Assembly: GCA_015680685.1 (NCBI GenBank)
Contig: MNCI01002351.1
Span: forward strand, 1 to 64,000
DNA length: 64,000 nt
Direction of reading: 5' to 3'
Origin: Gnetum montanum
Taxonomy: Eukaryota; Plantae; Gnetophyta
Every line of letters begins with the position of its first letter. The stretch's first letter is position 1. The notes beneath the pieces were generated by a model. That model saw only the letters and a program-made list of their open reading frames with translations, did no database searches and was not told where the DNA came from. Positions 52,900-64,000 of the stretch are shown here, piece after piece. Made by a program: the position numbers and the translations under genes.

Positions 52900-55800
52900 A
52901 CCGCTTCAGGTACATATGATTCACTAGATGTGGAAGTTCTTTTCCATTAATATTTGCTAACCTTAATGATTCATTGCCATATGCGTTGACAACTAGGAAA
53001 GGGCCTTCCCAACTTGCAGAGAATTTGCTCACTAGTTCACGAATGATCTTAAGAACCAAGTCTCCTTTCTTGATCTGTCGTTGATGTAGGTTGCGATGAT
53101 GCTTTTATTTCTGCCTGTCTTGATATCTTTCGATGTTGTTAAGTGTCTAAATGTGTTTCTCCTCTACTGAGTCTAGATCCACAATCCTGGACTCTTTGTG
53201 TTCAGTCTCATTTATAACCGTGGAGAAGACCATCTGCAGTGAGGGAACCTATAGTTCCAAGGGTAACACCGCTTCAGATCCATAGACTAGGTTGTAGGGT
53301 GTCCTACCGGTAGCTGTTCTACATGTCGTATGATAGGCCCATAGCACATAGAGGATTTTTTGATGCCATCATTTTTTGTTTTTTGTTTCCTTTGCTTGAC
53401 CATTTGCTTGTGGGTAATAGGATGAGGAAAACTATTGCTTAATACCAAGGTTACTGCAGAAAGATTTGGTCTTGGTACTACTAAATTGTGGCCCATTTTC
53501 GATCACAATAGTCATGGGAAGCCCAAACCTCGCTACTATATTATCCAAGATAAAATGGAAAACCTATTGAGATGTAATCTTTCGTAGAGAAATAGCCTCG
53601 ACCCACTTCATGAAGTACTCAGTGGTAGTGATAATGAAGCTATGTCCTACGGAAGACTTGGGCATGATAGGGCCTATGATGTCTAGTCCCCATCATTGGA
53701 ATGGCCAAGTGATCTATGTAGTATGTAATTCAGTTGGTGACACGTGTATTAAATTCACGTAACGTTGGCATGTATCATGTCTTAACCTTGGTAAGGCAAT
53801 CTCATTCCATGTATGGCCAGTAATACCCTAAGTGTCTAATTTTAGCAGCCATGGCTTGTGAAGCTATATGTCCTCCACATAGGCCCTCATGGACTTCACT
53901 AACTATGCTTTGTGCTTGGTCACTATTAATGCAGGTTAACAATACGCCATTAAAAGAGTACCTACATAGAGTACTGTCTCCAATAATGACGTATTTCTTG
54001 GCACGCTTGCGAATTACGTCTTTTTATGCATGTGTTAACTCATGCGGTGGTTCGCCATGCAAAAGGTAGGTTTTAATGTTATCATACCATTCTGGCGTTC
54101 CCCCCATATTTAAAGAAGAAATTTGCACCACTTGAATGATAGGGTCTATACATTCTGTCATTAAGGCAAGCAAGGTGGCAAACAAATGTGGTGGCACATT
54201 TAAAGCTAGTGTGGCTAGTGCATTAGCTATGGTATTTTCATTACACGACATGTGTTGGACGTTAGTCGTCGTGAATTGTATCAAGAGATCTTTAGCCATA
54301 TCGCAATAGGACTACAGATGTACAGCTTTGCAACCATAGACCCCTATGATTTGATTGATGACGAGCATCGAATTGCCTCAGATTTCCAGGTGTTGAACGT
54401 TGAGTTCCCTGGCTATTAATAATCCCCTAGGAGCCCCTCGTACTCTACCACATTGTTCGTACAAGGAAATGCCAGGCGGTAAGCTAGTGGATGAACATCT
54501 TTAGGGGAGAGCGTAATGACAACGGCAACACTACCACCTCTAGTAGTCAAAGCTCCATCAAAGTATAACATCACTTCAAGGCCTATCACTACAGGGCTTA
54601 AACTATGTATCTGTTCATCAGGAAACTCGAGCTCTATCATGACTTGATCATTAACAGGTGATGTTAAAAGCTGGTTAACTATGCCCTGGCCTTTCGTGGA
54701 CGATTGTTTGACGTAGTGCAAGTTAAATTCTGCTGTGATGGCCTTCCAGCGGGCTATCCTCCTCCTCCCGTATAAATTGTTTATGATGGCCTGCAGAATA
54801 TTGTTCTTGTAAATTATGTTGACTTGACTATGGAAAAGATAGTGTCTACAATTTTTTAGTGCAAACACCACTACCAAACAGTTATGATCTACCTTATTAT
54901 ACCTTGTTTCGTACTCAAATAGAGTGTGACTTAGATAATAGATAGGGACTTCTGACCTATCATCCCTTCTTTGGCACAACAACGTAGCTATAGACACATC
55001 TGAACTTACCAGATAAATGTAGAAAGGTTGATTCCTTTATGGTGGGAAAACCATTGGCAAATGTAGCAGCTCTTTCTTTAGGTTGTCAAATGCATGCTGG
55101 CAGTCCTCAGTCCATTCAAAGTTAACTCCCTTCTTGAGCAAATTTTGCATAGGATGTAATTTGTCCGTTAACCTTGAGATGAACCTCCGAATAAATTGTA
55201 ACCTACCCTACAACCCACGTAGTTCTTTGAGGTTTGTAGGTGGTGCTAGGTTAACTATGGCCTTAACCTTGTTAGGGTTGACTCGTATGTCAGTCTCCAA
55301 TACCACAAACCCCAACATGCATCCAGTTTTGACTCCGAAGATGCATTTTCTGGGTTTAAGCAGCAGGTCATGCTTGAGACATCATTTAAGGATTAACTCT
55401 AGGTCTTCTAGGTGATCTTTCAACTTCTTAGATTTGACAGCTATGTCGTCTATGTATTCGTTCAATCTCTCTAAGAGGTAATCACTAAAGATATACGTCA
55501 TTGCATGTTGATAAGTTGCTCCAACATTTTGTAACCCGAAAGGCATCATGATGTGACAAAAAGTTCCCTAAGGGGTCATGAAGGTTGTAGTCAGTTGATG
55601 TTCTGGGTTCATGCGAATTTGATTATAACCTGAAAACCCATCCATAAAGGATAGTAACGCATGACCAGCTATTGTATTGATAAGTTGGTCGATACTTGGT
55701 AACAGGAAGTTGTCTTTAATCATTGCCTTGTTCATATCACGGAAGTCTATACTAATTCGTATTCCTCCCGTTTTCTTAGAGACAACTACTATGTTCGACA

Positions 55801-56314
55801 CCTAGTCTAAGTAATCGACTACGCGAATGAAACCAACTTGATATAGCTTGGTGATTTCATCACGCACTGCCAGCGTGATTTCAGGCTTAATCTTCCATGC
55901 TTTCTATTTAACTGCTTTGATATGCAGGTCTAAAACTATGTTGTGTTGTATTAGTCTCGGGTCTAAACCTGACATGTCTTCATATGACCATGTGAATATC
56001 ACAATGTTATTTTGGAGGACTCGAAGTATGTCGCTCTGCATTTGTTGGTCAAGAATGGAACTAACCTATAGATTTTTACTTCCTACTTTGTGTGTAGTTA
56101 CAGGGGCCTCAGTAAGGGGATCCTCGGTCACATCACCAGCCTCCAAGTCTAGGGTTTGGGCCAGATGTTCTGGCTAGTATGGGGATATTTTCAATGTTTC
56201 TATGGTTGTGTCATAAAGGGAGGCGTCAATTCCTATCAGTGCATGGTTGAGTTGTCTAATAGTTTCCCCGTATGGGCCTGTTAGGGCTAGGGGTGCAAGG
56301 AAAGCTGTGTCCAT
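52900..56314 (-). pseudogene. Degenerate RT-RNaseH-aRH-integrase of element C
   Basis: FMDGFSGYNQI, YIDDIAVK, IYYLSHTL, LYFDGA...CTNNVVEYEGLL (aRH), GLDIIGP, SWEGPF. Confidence 0.92.
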
Positions 56315-56912
56315 TTTGCAAATCAACCTGCAAAACCACCAAGAATGGAAATTGTTATATTGTTTTTTGTCAATCTATTGAAATGATAGAAGGTTTTCTA
56401 AAGATGCGTGTCAAAAGGTTGCCAATTTAAAGTCTTAGCGAACCGTTACAATATGCACAGTTTGTGAAAAAGCAGTAAGCCCGATTTCCTAGATGTTAGC
56501 GTAAGACTTCTGCGAACTATGATGAAAGGTGTAACATGGCATGTCTAGCATGTCAAAGTAGCTTATTTGGATTTTTGTGGAGATTGTAGTTAATGTGATC
56601 GAATTACGAGATGACAAGCTATGCGTTAGTTTAGGGTCTTTTCGGACCGTAATTGATACGATATCTAGGAGATTAATGTTGCGATCCTCATGCTTCATGT
56701 CGCACTGACATACCTGTGTTTTAGAAAATTTTTGCATTGATTTGACATGAAAATAGTTAGTTTCAATCATTACATTTATAAGTCAATGGTTCATCCTCAA
56801 AGTAGACTATAAAGATCGTGAATTTCAATTAGGCTATAGCAGAAGGAGAGCAGAAGGAGAGCAGAAGGAAGGCATAAGTAGATAATTTTGCGAATATTGT
56901 TTAGGCGTAACC

Positions 56913-59900
56913 ATGATGCCGAAGACTAAAGGCAAACATGCCAAATTGGTGAAGATTGATGAAGTGCAGGAGAGTCTGCAGTAGATTTCAAAGGCCCGGG
57001 TCGACACTCGGGAGGTTACTCCACTCACCTAGTAGGTCACTTTTTATCTTTCCTGCATGATTATTATTTTCATTGTCATGATGTCGTAATTCCATTTGTT
57101 TCAAAGATGTGTATTATGTCGAGCGTTAATACCTGGTTGCGCGGGCTAAGCTATTGTAGTCTGTAATATTACCCCTATCACCATTGTCAAAGACAAACCT
57201 TGTACCATTGCAAGGGTTTGGGTGATCTTGGGCAATACTGTGCAAATGTAATGCATGACTGGAGGGGTCCAGGTATTGTACCTTTATGTAGTGTAAATTC
57301 GATTCTGTTGTCTCACCTGTAATGGTTACATGTTACGCTGGGATAATATGCAGTGTTACTTTTATTGCCGTTGTCAGGGACAAACCTTGCACCGTTGTCA
57401 GGGTTTGGACGATTTTGGTAATGCATTTCTAGCGTAACCTACGATTTTCTGGGAGTCAAGGTAACGAAGACTCCAGTGTTGCATAATGGATTTTTATGAG
57501 CCTTTTTTTTATGTTGTTCCTACATCGTTAGTATATCTCATTTCATTAATATGTCTAAATTTATTTTCCTAATGATAGTGTGTTTTGTTGTAAAGGATTA
57601 CGCTAAAGCCCGTCCTAATCGTCTTGGACATTGTGGGCGTTCTGTGCTATTTACATGTCCCTGTGGCCAATGTTCCTCCTCCTCATGCTTATGTAGGGGA
57701 GGAGGTGGTTTGGTTCCAAAGAGGCGCATGGGAGTTTTTGCAATTTTTGTTGCGTAATTTCAGCGTAATCATCTGGTCGCACCTACCGGCCGAGAAGATC
57801 ACTGCCATTTTGGAGACGCTACTGGTTGGATCAACGTAGAGCATCTTAACGTTTCTGGTGGACAGCTCAATCGAAACCGTGTGGGTGCTAGACTGTGAAC
57901 AGAGCACCAAGGGTTTGAGTTGTTTATCTTGGATCTAGGATATGCCCAGGTTTGATTGTTATCATGCCTACAACACTCTGTTCGTGGCTCATCATCTTAC
58001 TACCTACTTCTAGAATCCACCTAGCATTGTGTATTATGCAAGCAGGTAAGTGTTTCCATGGCGTTATGATACACTAACCATTTTTTGAATTTGTGTCAAG
58101 TATTAAACACTTGTCCACATTCTATTTTGTAGGTTCTTTATCAATGAGCATGGTCTCCAAGGTGATACAGATATGTTATCTACGGCTGAAGCAGCCATAA
58201 AGGAGTTCACTTCTATTAGCAATGTACATGCTAGTGTTCTAGGATAACTAGAATTTGAAACTACCCTGTCTGCTATGTTAAATTCTTCACCAAGTGTAAA
58301 AACTCTGGATGGCTGGATAAAGAGTAGACTTTGGATTGTCCTATCACCATTGCGGACGTGCAAGAGAAAATCCCACCATTTCCTTTGTCCTTCAGATGCG
58401 GTAATTTATGCTATGGTGGTCCATCGTAGCATCTTACAGAATGGAAATAATGTATAAAATTGTATTATTTTTCTGTATTTTCTAAACCATTGCTTTATGT
58501 TCATAGCTAGGGAATCATGAGAGGTCACGGTGATAGCCTTCAGGCATGAAACAAGCAATCTCTTCTTTCATTATGGTGACATAAAAGAGGCGCTGCATTG
58601 GCTCAACCATGGAGCGGCCCCAGCTACTCTAACCAATAACCTCTAGGAAGCTAGATTGATGGAGCTATTTTTTGTTGTAACCCCCGATCTCACTGTAGCC
58701 AAAATGTTAACCCTAGTTGACTCCTTCAGCAAGGAGGTCGAGCGTCTTTTGATACACGTGCGTAATGTGCGTGTGATTTTTGATATTGATGCTCACCTAT
58801 TCGTCGACTTTTTTGGCATTTCCTTTGATGGCCCTCTAGTAGAAGAAAAGTCAAAGAGGAGTTCTAAACACCAAAAGGAGATAGAGGAATGTCTAGGGGT
58901 TAAAAAGGAATTGAAAGGTATCCTTGGTGATAAAATCTAGCTGGAGGTGGATCATACCATTTATCCCCTCTTCTGAGCCTACGCCTTCCCCAAGTTGCTT
59001 TCCTAGGGAAGAATCCTTACCATAGAGCAAGCTTGGGTCATGCAGGAGGTTATGGAGGAGGGATCACGATATAATTGGGCCAGTTACCTTGCTAAAGGCC
59101 TGCAGGCTAAAATGGTCAAGCTTCGCAAAAAGCTTGAGTCTTGTTTCAACGTGCACTTCACCTTTTTATAGCTTACTTGCGATGTTTTGCTGAATTCCTG
59201 GTGATTCGTAGGGATGGAGTCTGGGTGCAGCAAGATCGTAACTAGATTTCCAAACCATGGATTTCACAAGTTTTCCACACCACTCGGTCGTAAGATCCCC
59301 CTGAAGGTATCGAGAATTTGCTTTCACTTACGACTAAGCATCTGGTGACACCTCCTATGTGGAGCCAAAACAGTGTGGGTGGGGCACTCCCTTCTTACAC
59401 TAGTAGTGTGTCGAGAGGGAAACTCCTGGCAGAATAAATAGTGAGTTCATCAGTCTAGCTAAAAAAGCATTGTCCAGCCATGGAATCTCCTAGCCCGACT
59501 AATGTAGAGGAAAAGAGGCTGTGAATTGAATTTCATAGGAACGATCCTCCAACTGGTAAGTAGAGAGAGGCGTAATTAGTTTATATATGTAATACACTAC
59601 GTATAGACATTGTTGCATCGCGTAGCGCTTATAAAAAGTAAATAAGGTTTTATTTTGGTTAACTATTTTTTAGTAGACAAAGGGAAAGATGTAGAGGAGT
59701 TGACCCCTGAAACAAGATCCATAGTTTTACGATGTGGAGAAGGGGCCCCAGTTTTAGAAAAGGAGGTCCCTATTAGTAACGTAGGTGACACATAGGTTCC
59801 TATGCTCGAAGAAGAGATGGAAGTAGAGGACATCGAGATCTGTTTGGACGAGCCAGGAAAAGAGAAGCAATTAGTCACTGGTGAGTTTGACCTTTCTTTA

Positions 59901-61348
59901 GAGGGAAAATCTCACGCTACTACCCTTGAGGGTTTTTTTGAATTGAGTTTTTCATTATCATAATCGTCTCAATTTCCCTTTACATCTACCGTACTATGCC
60001 TAAGTCATTTCGTTCACTTAGCAGGAACTTCTGATAATAGCGGTGTGCCTTCGTCAATGGCACCAACTCAGCATTGGGGTGAGATTCCTGATAAATTCAC
60101 CTTTATGGAAGGCATCACGAACGATATGATTAGCTGCCTAGAGTGAATCGATCCTGAGATTGGTGCGTGACTATTATAACATAGGGAATGTTGGCATTAT
60201 GACATTGCATTATTTTGTTTCACCTAACTGTTACTTTTTATGCTATAGGATCTTGCCTCAGATGGGATCCCAAAGAGCCAGTTGACTTAGAAACTACCCT
60301 TGAACCTTCACCAGAGGTGATCGAAGTGCCACGCAGCCTTTACGATGAAGTGTGTAAATGTGCGTTACGCTTGGTCCGCTCTTTATGGTAATGTCAGGTC
60401 ATCAACAAAGATCTTTGGAAGAGGTTGCAGAAATAAAAAGAAAAAGAAAACATTCCTAACTGGTAGGGTTGAGGACCTAGAGTCTTCAAACGAATTTCTG
60501 CAAGCTTGAGAGGCCAATGATGAGAATTGGCAGATAGTTGTGATCGACTATGCCCATTATTGGATGGTTGTTAGAAATAGTATCCAAGCCAGTCGTGAGC
60601 TTATTGAGCAATGGATGCAAATGGATCTCCTAGCCTAGAAGAACCAAGACTAGAAGGATTTCAGCGCGAGGGTCCAAGCATGGGGCCAAGCACAAAAGGA
60701 CCACAAGCATGTGTATAAGCGAGAGAGTGCTACCTACCGCCAACATTACATGGATTCCACTATTGAGACGTGGTCCCTCCAGCTATTCCTAGATGTCATC
60801 AGTGCTTCTGGAGCATATGAAAAGTTCCAGGAACAAGTGATAGTGAGTGCCTCCCTAGAGAGAGAAATAACTTTCCCTGGCAGGGAAACCACTATTCTTT
60901 CCTTCTTCCCTGAATCGCCCTGGTGGACTCCTGTGGAAAAGGGAAAGGTTAAGGCTAGAACTGATCTAGGAGATGGCGTTTGGTCTAAGCTTACCGAGGA
61001 CGAGATCATGCAACGCCTATGGGTTGGTTTAGAACAAATTCCTTTCGCAGCTGATGCAGGACCATCACAAGTAAGTGAATCTAACATACTTTTCATGTCA
61101 AATGATAGGATTGACATGAAGAGGAGCATAATGAAGATGATGGTGCTCACGAAGAGAATCTCCATGAGGAGGAGCCTCACGAAGATGATGAACCTCATGG
61201 CAAGAGTCCCCATGAGGAAGAGCCTCACAGAGAGAATCGACCCCATGAAGAGGTACAACTCGAAGAAGGTCCTTATGAGGATGATCTTCATGAGGCAGAG
61301 ATGGAGTTAAATGACACAAGTGGAAGTGGTAACAAAGGAAATGTGTAG
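56913..61348 (+). pseudogene. Antisense 8-exon gene inside element C: NIF/FCP1-like HAD-fold domain, transposon-type domain, charged region and His/Glu-rich acidic tail
   Basis: Exons 56913-57031, 57596-58045, 58133-58400, 58507-59555, 59674-59880, 60022-60162, 60249-61070 and 61109-61348. All introns are GT-AG, with phases 2,2,1,1,1,1,0 (the exon-3 donor phase is taken from copy A). Scattered stops fit C>T/G>A changes. Confidence 0.82.
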
Positions 61349-61464
61349 TGTGGCTATATCAGCCAGCATTTTGTTGTAATGAAATGGAGTAAAGGATGAT
61401 GTTCTTCGATCTATAATCATTTTAGTTTTCATGAAGTGAAACATATTGTTAAAAGGATTACACA

Positions 61465-62030
61465 TTTTAGGCCACTGCAGGCCATTAATAGTTTAAAGCC
61501 ATTTCGGGCCGAGCCGTTGTAAGCATAAAAGGATACATTACATTTGCTAGTTTTAGGCCGTAGCGGGCTGCAACTAGTTTAAGGCCATTTCAGGCTATGC
61601 CATCGTAAGTGTAAAAGAATAAATCACATTTGCCAATTTTAGGCCATAGCGGGCCGCAACTAGTTTAAGGTCGTTTCGTGCTGTGCCATCGTAAGCGTAA
61701 AAGAATAAATCACATTTGCCAATTTTAAGCCATAGCAGGCCGCAACTAGTTTAAGGCCATTTTGGGTCGTGCCATCGTAAGTATAAAAGAATAAATCACA
61801 TTTGCCAGTTTTAGGCCATAATGGGCTACAACTGTTTAAGGCCATTTTGGGTCGTGCCATCGTAAGCGTAAAAGAATAAATCACATTTGCTAGTTTTAGG
61901 ACATAGCGGGCCGCAACTAGTTTAAGGCCATTTCGGGTCGTGCCATCATAAGTGTAAAAGAATAAATCACATTTGCCAGTTTTAGGCCATAGCGGGCTAC
62001 AACTAGTTTAAGGCCATTTCAAGCCATAAT
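61465..62030. repeat. 86-bp tandem array (about 6.5 copies) between protease and the antisense gene
   Basis: catc(g/a)taag recurs at 61601, 61687, 61773, 61858 and 61944. The unit contains aactagtttaaggccattt. Confidence 0.92.
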
Positions 62031-62137
62031 GCGTATGAAAGAACCATAATAAGGAAAATGTGAAAAGAGAGAGCATAAATTGTGTAATGGTAAATGACAT
62101 GGACTAATGTGACATGTCATGCTAACGTGTTCATTCA

Positions 62138-64000
62138 CTAGCTTCGCATCTGCTTCTTAATTTTTTTTAGTTTTGGCGACACGTATGGACGAGGAGGTTT
62201 ATTACTCCATTCCTCTATGCCACCATCTTCCTCTTGAAAAGGTAGTTCAGCCCAGATCAAGTTGTCATCAGCCACTATTTTGGCATATTCAAATATTGGG
62301 ATAGGAGACTAATCTTTGGGGATTTTGATTTTTGAACCCTGTTCCATTTCTATGTTATTAACAGCCTCAGGGATCATCTTATCACCATGGATGATCACTT
62401 CCCCTTCTGCATAGGGTAAATGAATCTCCTAATGGATGGGTGATGAGATTGCCCTTAGTTGAGCCAACCAGGATCTCCCCAAGATTAAGTTGAAACCAGG
62501 CAGCTTCTCGACGACAATAAACATTGCGTCTGTGAGGAATTGGTGCCCCGCTACGAAGTTGATGTGTACTATTCCTTTGACCTACACTCGTGCCCCATTG
62601 AATGACTTTAAACATGACATTGTCGTGGGACTGATCTGGCCGATCAAACCTAGTTTATCCACTATGGGGTATGGAATGACATTGGCAACTACCCTGTCAT
62701 CTACGTGTACTCTCTAGATTCGATATTGGCCAACCCGAATAGTGATGAACATAGGCGCTATTGTCAATTGACCCTTCTCTAGGTCATCCTTAATGGATTA
62801 GTCATGAAATGTCAGTAGGGAAGGCTGGGGTTGTTCAGTGGTGAGGGGAAGCATGATGGAGTGGATCGGTTCTTCATCCGCTAGCAGGATTTCATCCACA
62901 GATATGGATGTTAACATGCAAACCATGGCCTCACGATGCTTATGTGACGTCATCAGCAAGTCATAAAGGCTCAATGTTGTATTTTTTTGTTTCAAAGCCT
63001 ACTGAACTTGCATAAAAGCATTGAGGAGATCACATCCACGATCTGGTTGTTTATCACCCTTCTCTTTTTCCATTCATCCCAAGAGACGAATCTCTTAGGG
63101 TGGAATGGTTTCTGATTTAGGGTTGCATTTTCTTGGGTTGGGAGAAGATGGTAGCGCTTGCATAACATTTTCTTCTTTAGAGGGTAGGGCCAAGGGTGCT
63201 GAGGCAAGGGGCATAGGCTTGGGAAACCCCAGCGTAATTTGGTCCTTGGCTGTATTATTTTTCATACCCCCTTCTCCTTTTCTGTTAGGTTGTGATTCAG
63301 GCGTCGACTTAGAGATTCACCCCTATGTAGTAGGGGAAACTGACGACTTTGGAACCTTGATGAAAAAGGGTACCCTAGGTATGGGCGCGGACTGAGATGC
63401 AGCTTTATCGATAGTGGGATATGGAACGAAGGTAGGAGATGGGATGCGAAGAATGAAGGGTTGTTGCTTAGCCACACCCGTCGATGTTGACGGGCTTTTC
63501 ATCTTAGACAAGCAAGGAGGTACACGTAGCACAAAGGGTTTTGGCTGTGCTTGGCTGTCACCCTCTATACCCACCACGTTGATAGTGTACCCTGCATTAT
63601 TTGTGTTTAACGGGTCTTGGTACACATGCATGGATTGATTTTCAGGACGGATCGGACTACTACTGTCTAAGATCATTTTACCTTGATCGATCATGCGTTG
63701 AATGTCATCTTTCAATGCCCAGCAGTAATCCATGTCATGACCACACAGCTGGTGATAGTCACAGAAATAGTCTAGCCTAAAGCTTTTAGGGATTGGCGGT
63801 TCATTTGGTAGGGCCAAGGAGGGATTCTTAAGCAGCTCGCAATGCCATCTGTGATGTTTCAGACCTTCATCGGACACCTTCTTATGTTGAATATGGCCAA
63901 TTCCCAGTAATTTCTTCAGAATTTCTGAAGGCTTTACATGTAGAGCTGTGTATTTTGAGCGGTCTTTATGCTCAAAATTAGGCTTTAGCTTTGGAAATGC
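62138..64000 (-). pseudogene. Degenerate gag (3' part)-protease of element C
   Basis: FCDYHQLCGHDMDYCWALKDDIQRMID and protease RVHVDDRVVANVIP, ending KKQMRS* at 62138-62140. Colinear with element B 47040-48861. Confidence 0.88.

Larger units (their letters stand above)
50019..64000 (-). mobile_element. Tat/Ogre-like element C (extends beyond the window)
   Basis: 3' LTR, PPT, INT-aRH-RH-RT, antisense gene, 86-bp array, protease and gag 3' part. Confidence 0.92.

Noticed and set aside
60746-61291. 181-aa hydrophobic minus-strand ORF
   Set aside because: It is the antisense shadow of the purine-rich repeat in the last exons of the plus-strand gene.

Overview
This is repeat-dense plant nuclear DNA; the RALF-like sequence looks most like gymnosperm RALFs, but that is a judgement from memory. 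About 95% of the window is decayed transposable elements, with many stops that fit C>T/G>A deamination (CAG/CAA/CGA/TGG to stop). I found no intact host gene. Left to right: (1) an inverted Athila-like fragment containing a Tat-type solo LTR; (2) a 5'-truncated Athila-like Ty3/gypsy element with gag-pol, an env-like ORF and a 3' LTR; (3) a roughly 2-kb host-derived island with a RALF pseudogene and a frameshifted cytochrome P450 5' fragment; (4) a tandemly duplicated LINE whose 3' extension encodes a degenerate DnaJ J-domain, interrupted by a gag-only Athila derivative and a Copia fragment; (5) three nested Tat/Ogre-like elements: A (minus, 31491-42998), B (plus, 42999-50018) and C (minus, 50019 to beyond 64000). 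The main candidate for an undescribed system is in these Tat elements. Gag-protease ends in its own stop (seen in B and C), and RT-RH-aRH-INT restarts at its own AAAATGG just after a splice acceptor conserved in all three. In A and C, the spacer before RT carries an antisense, intron-containing gene. In C it has 8 exons with phase-consistent introns and encodes an FCP1/SCP/NIF-like HAD-fold domain with altered catalytic residues, a transposon-type helical domain and an acidic His/Glu tail. The cassette is bracketed by tandem repeats and is absent from sister element B. All domain calls are by-eye motif recognition, not database results.
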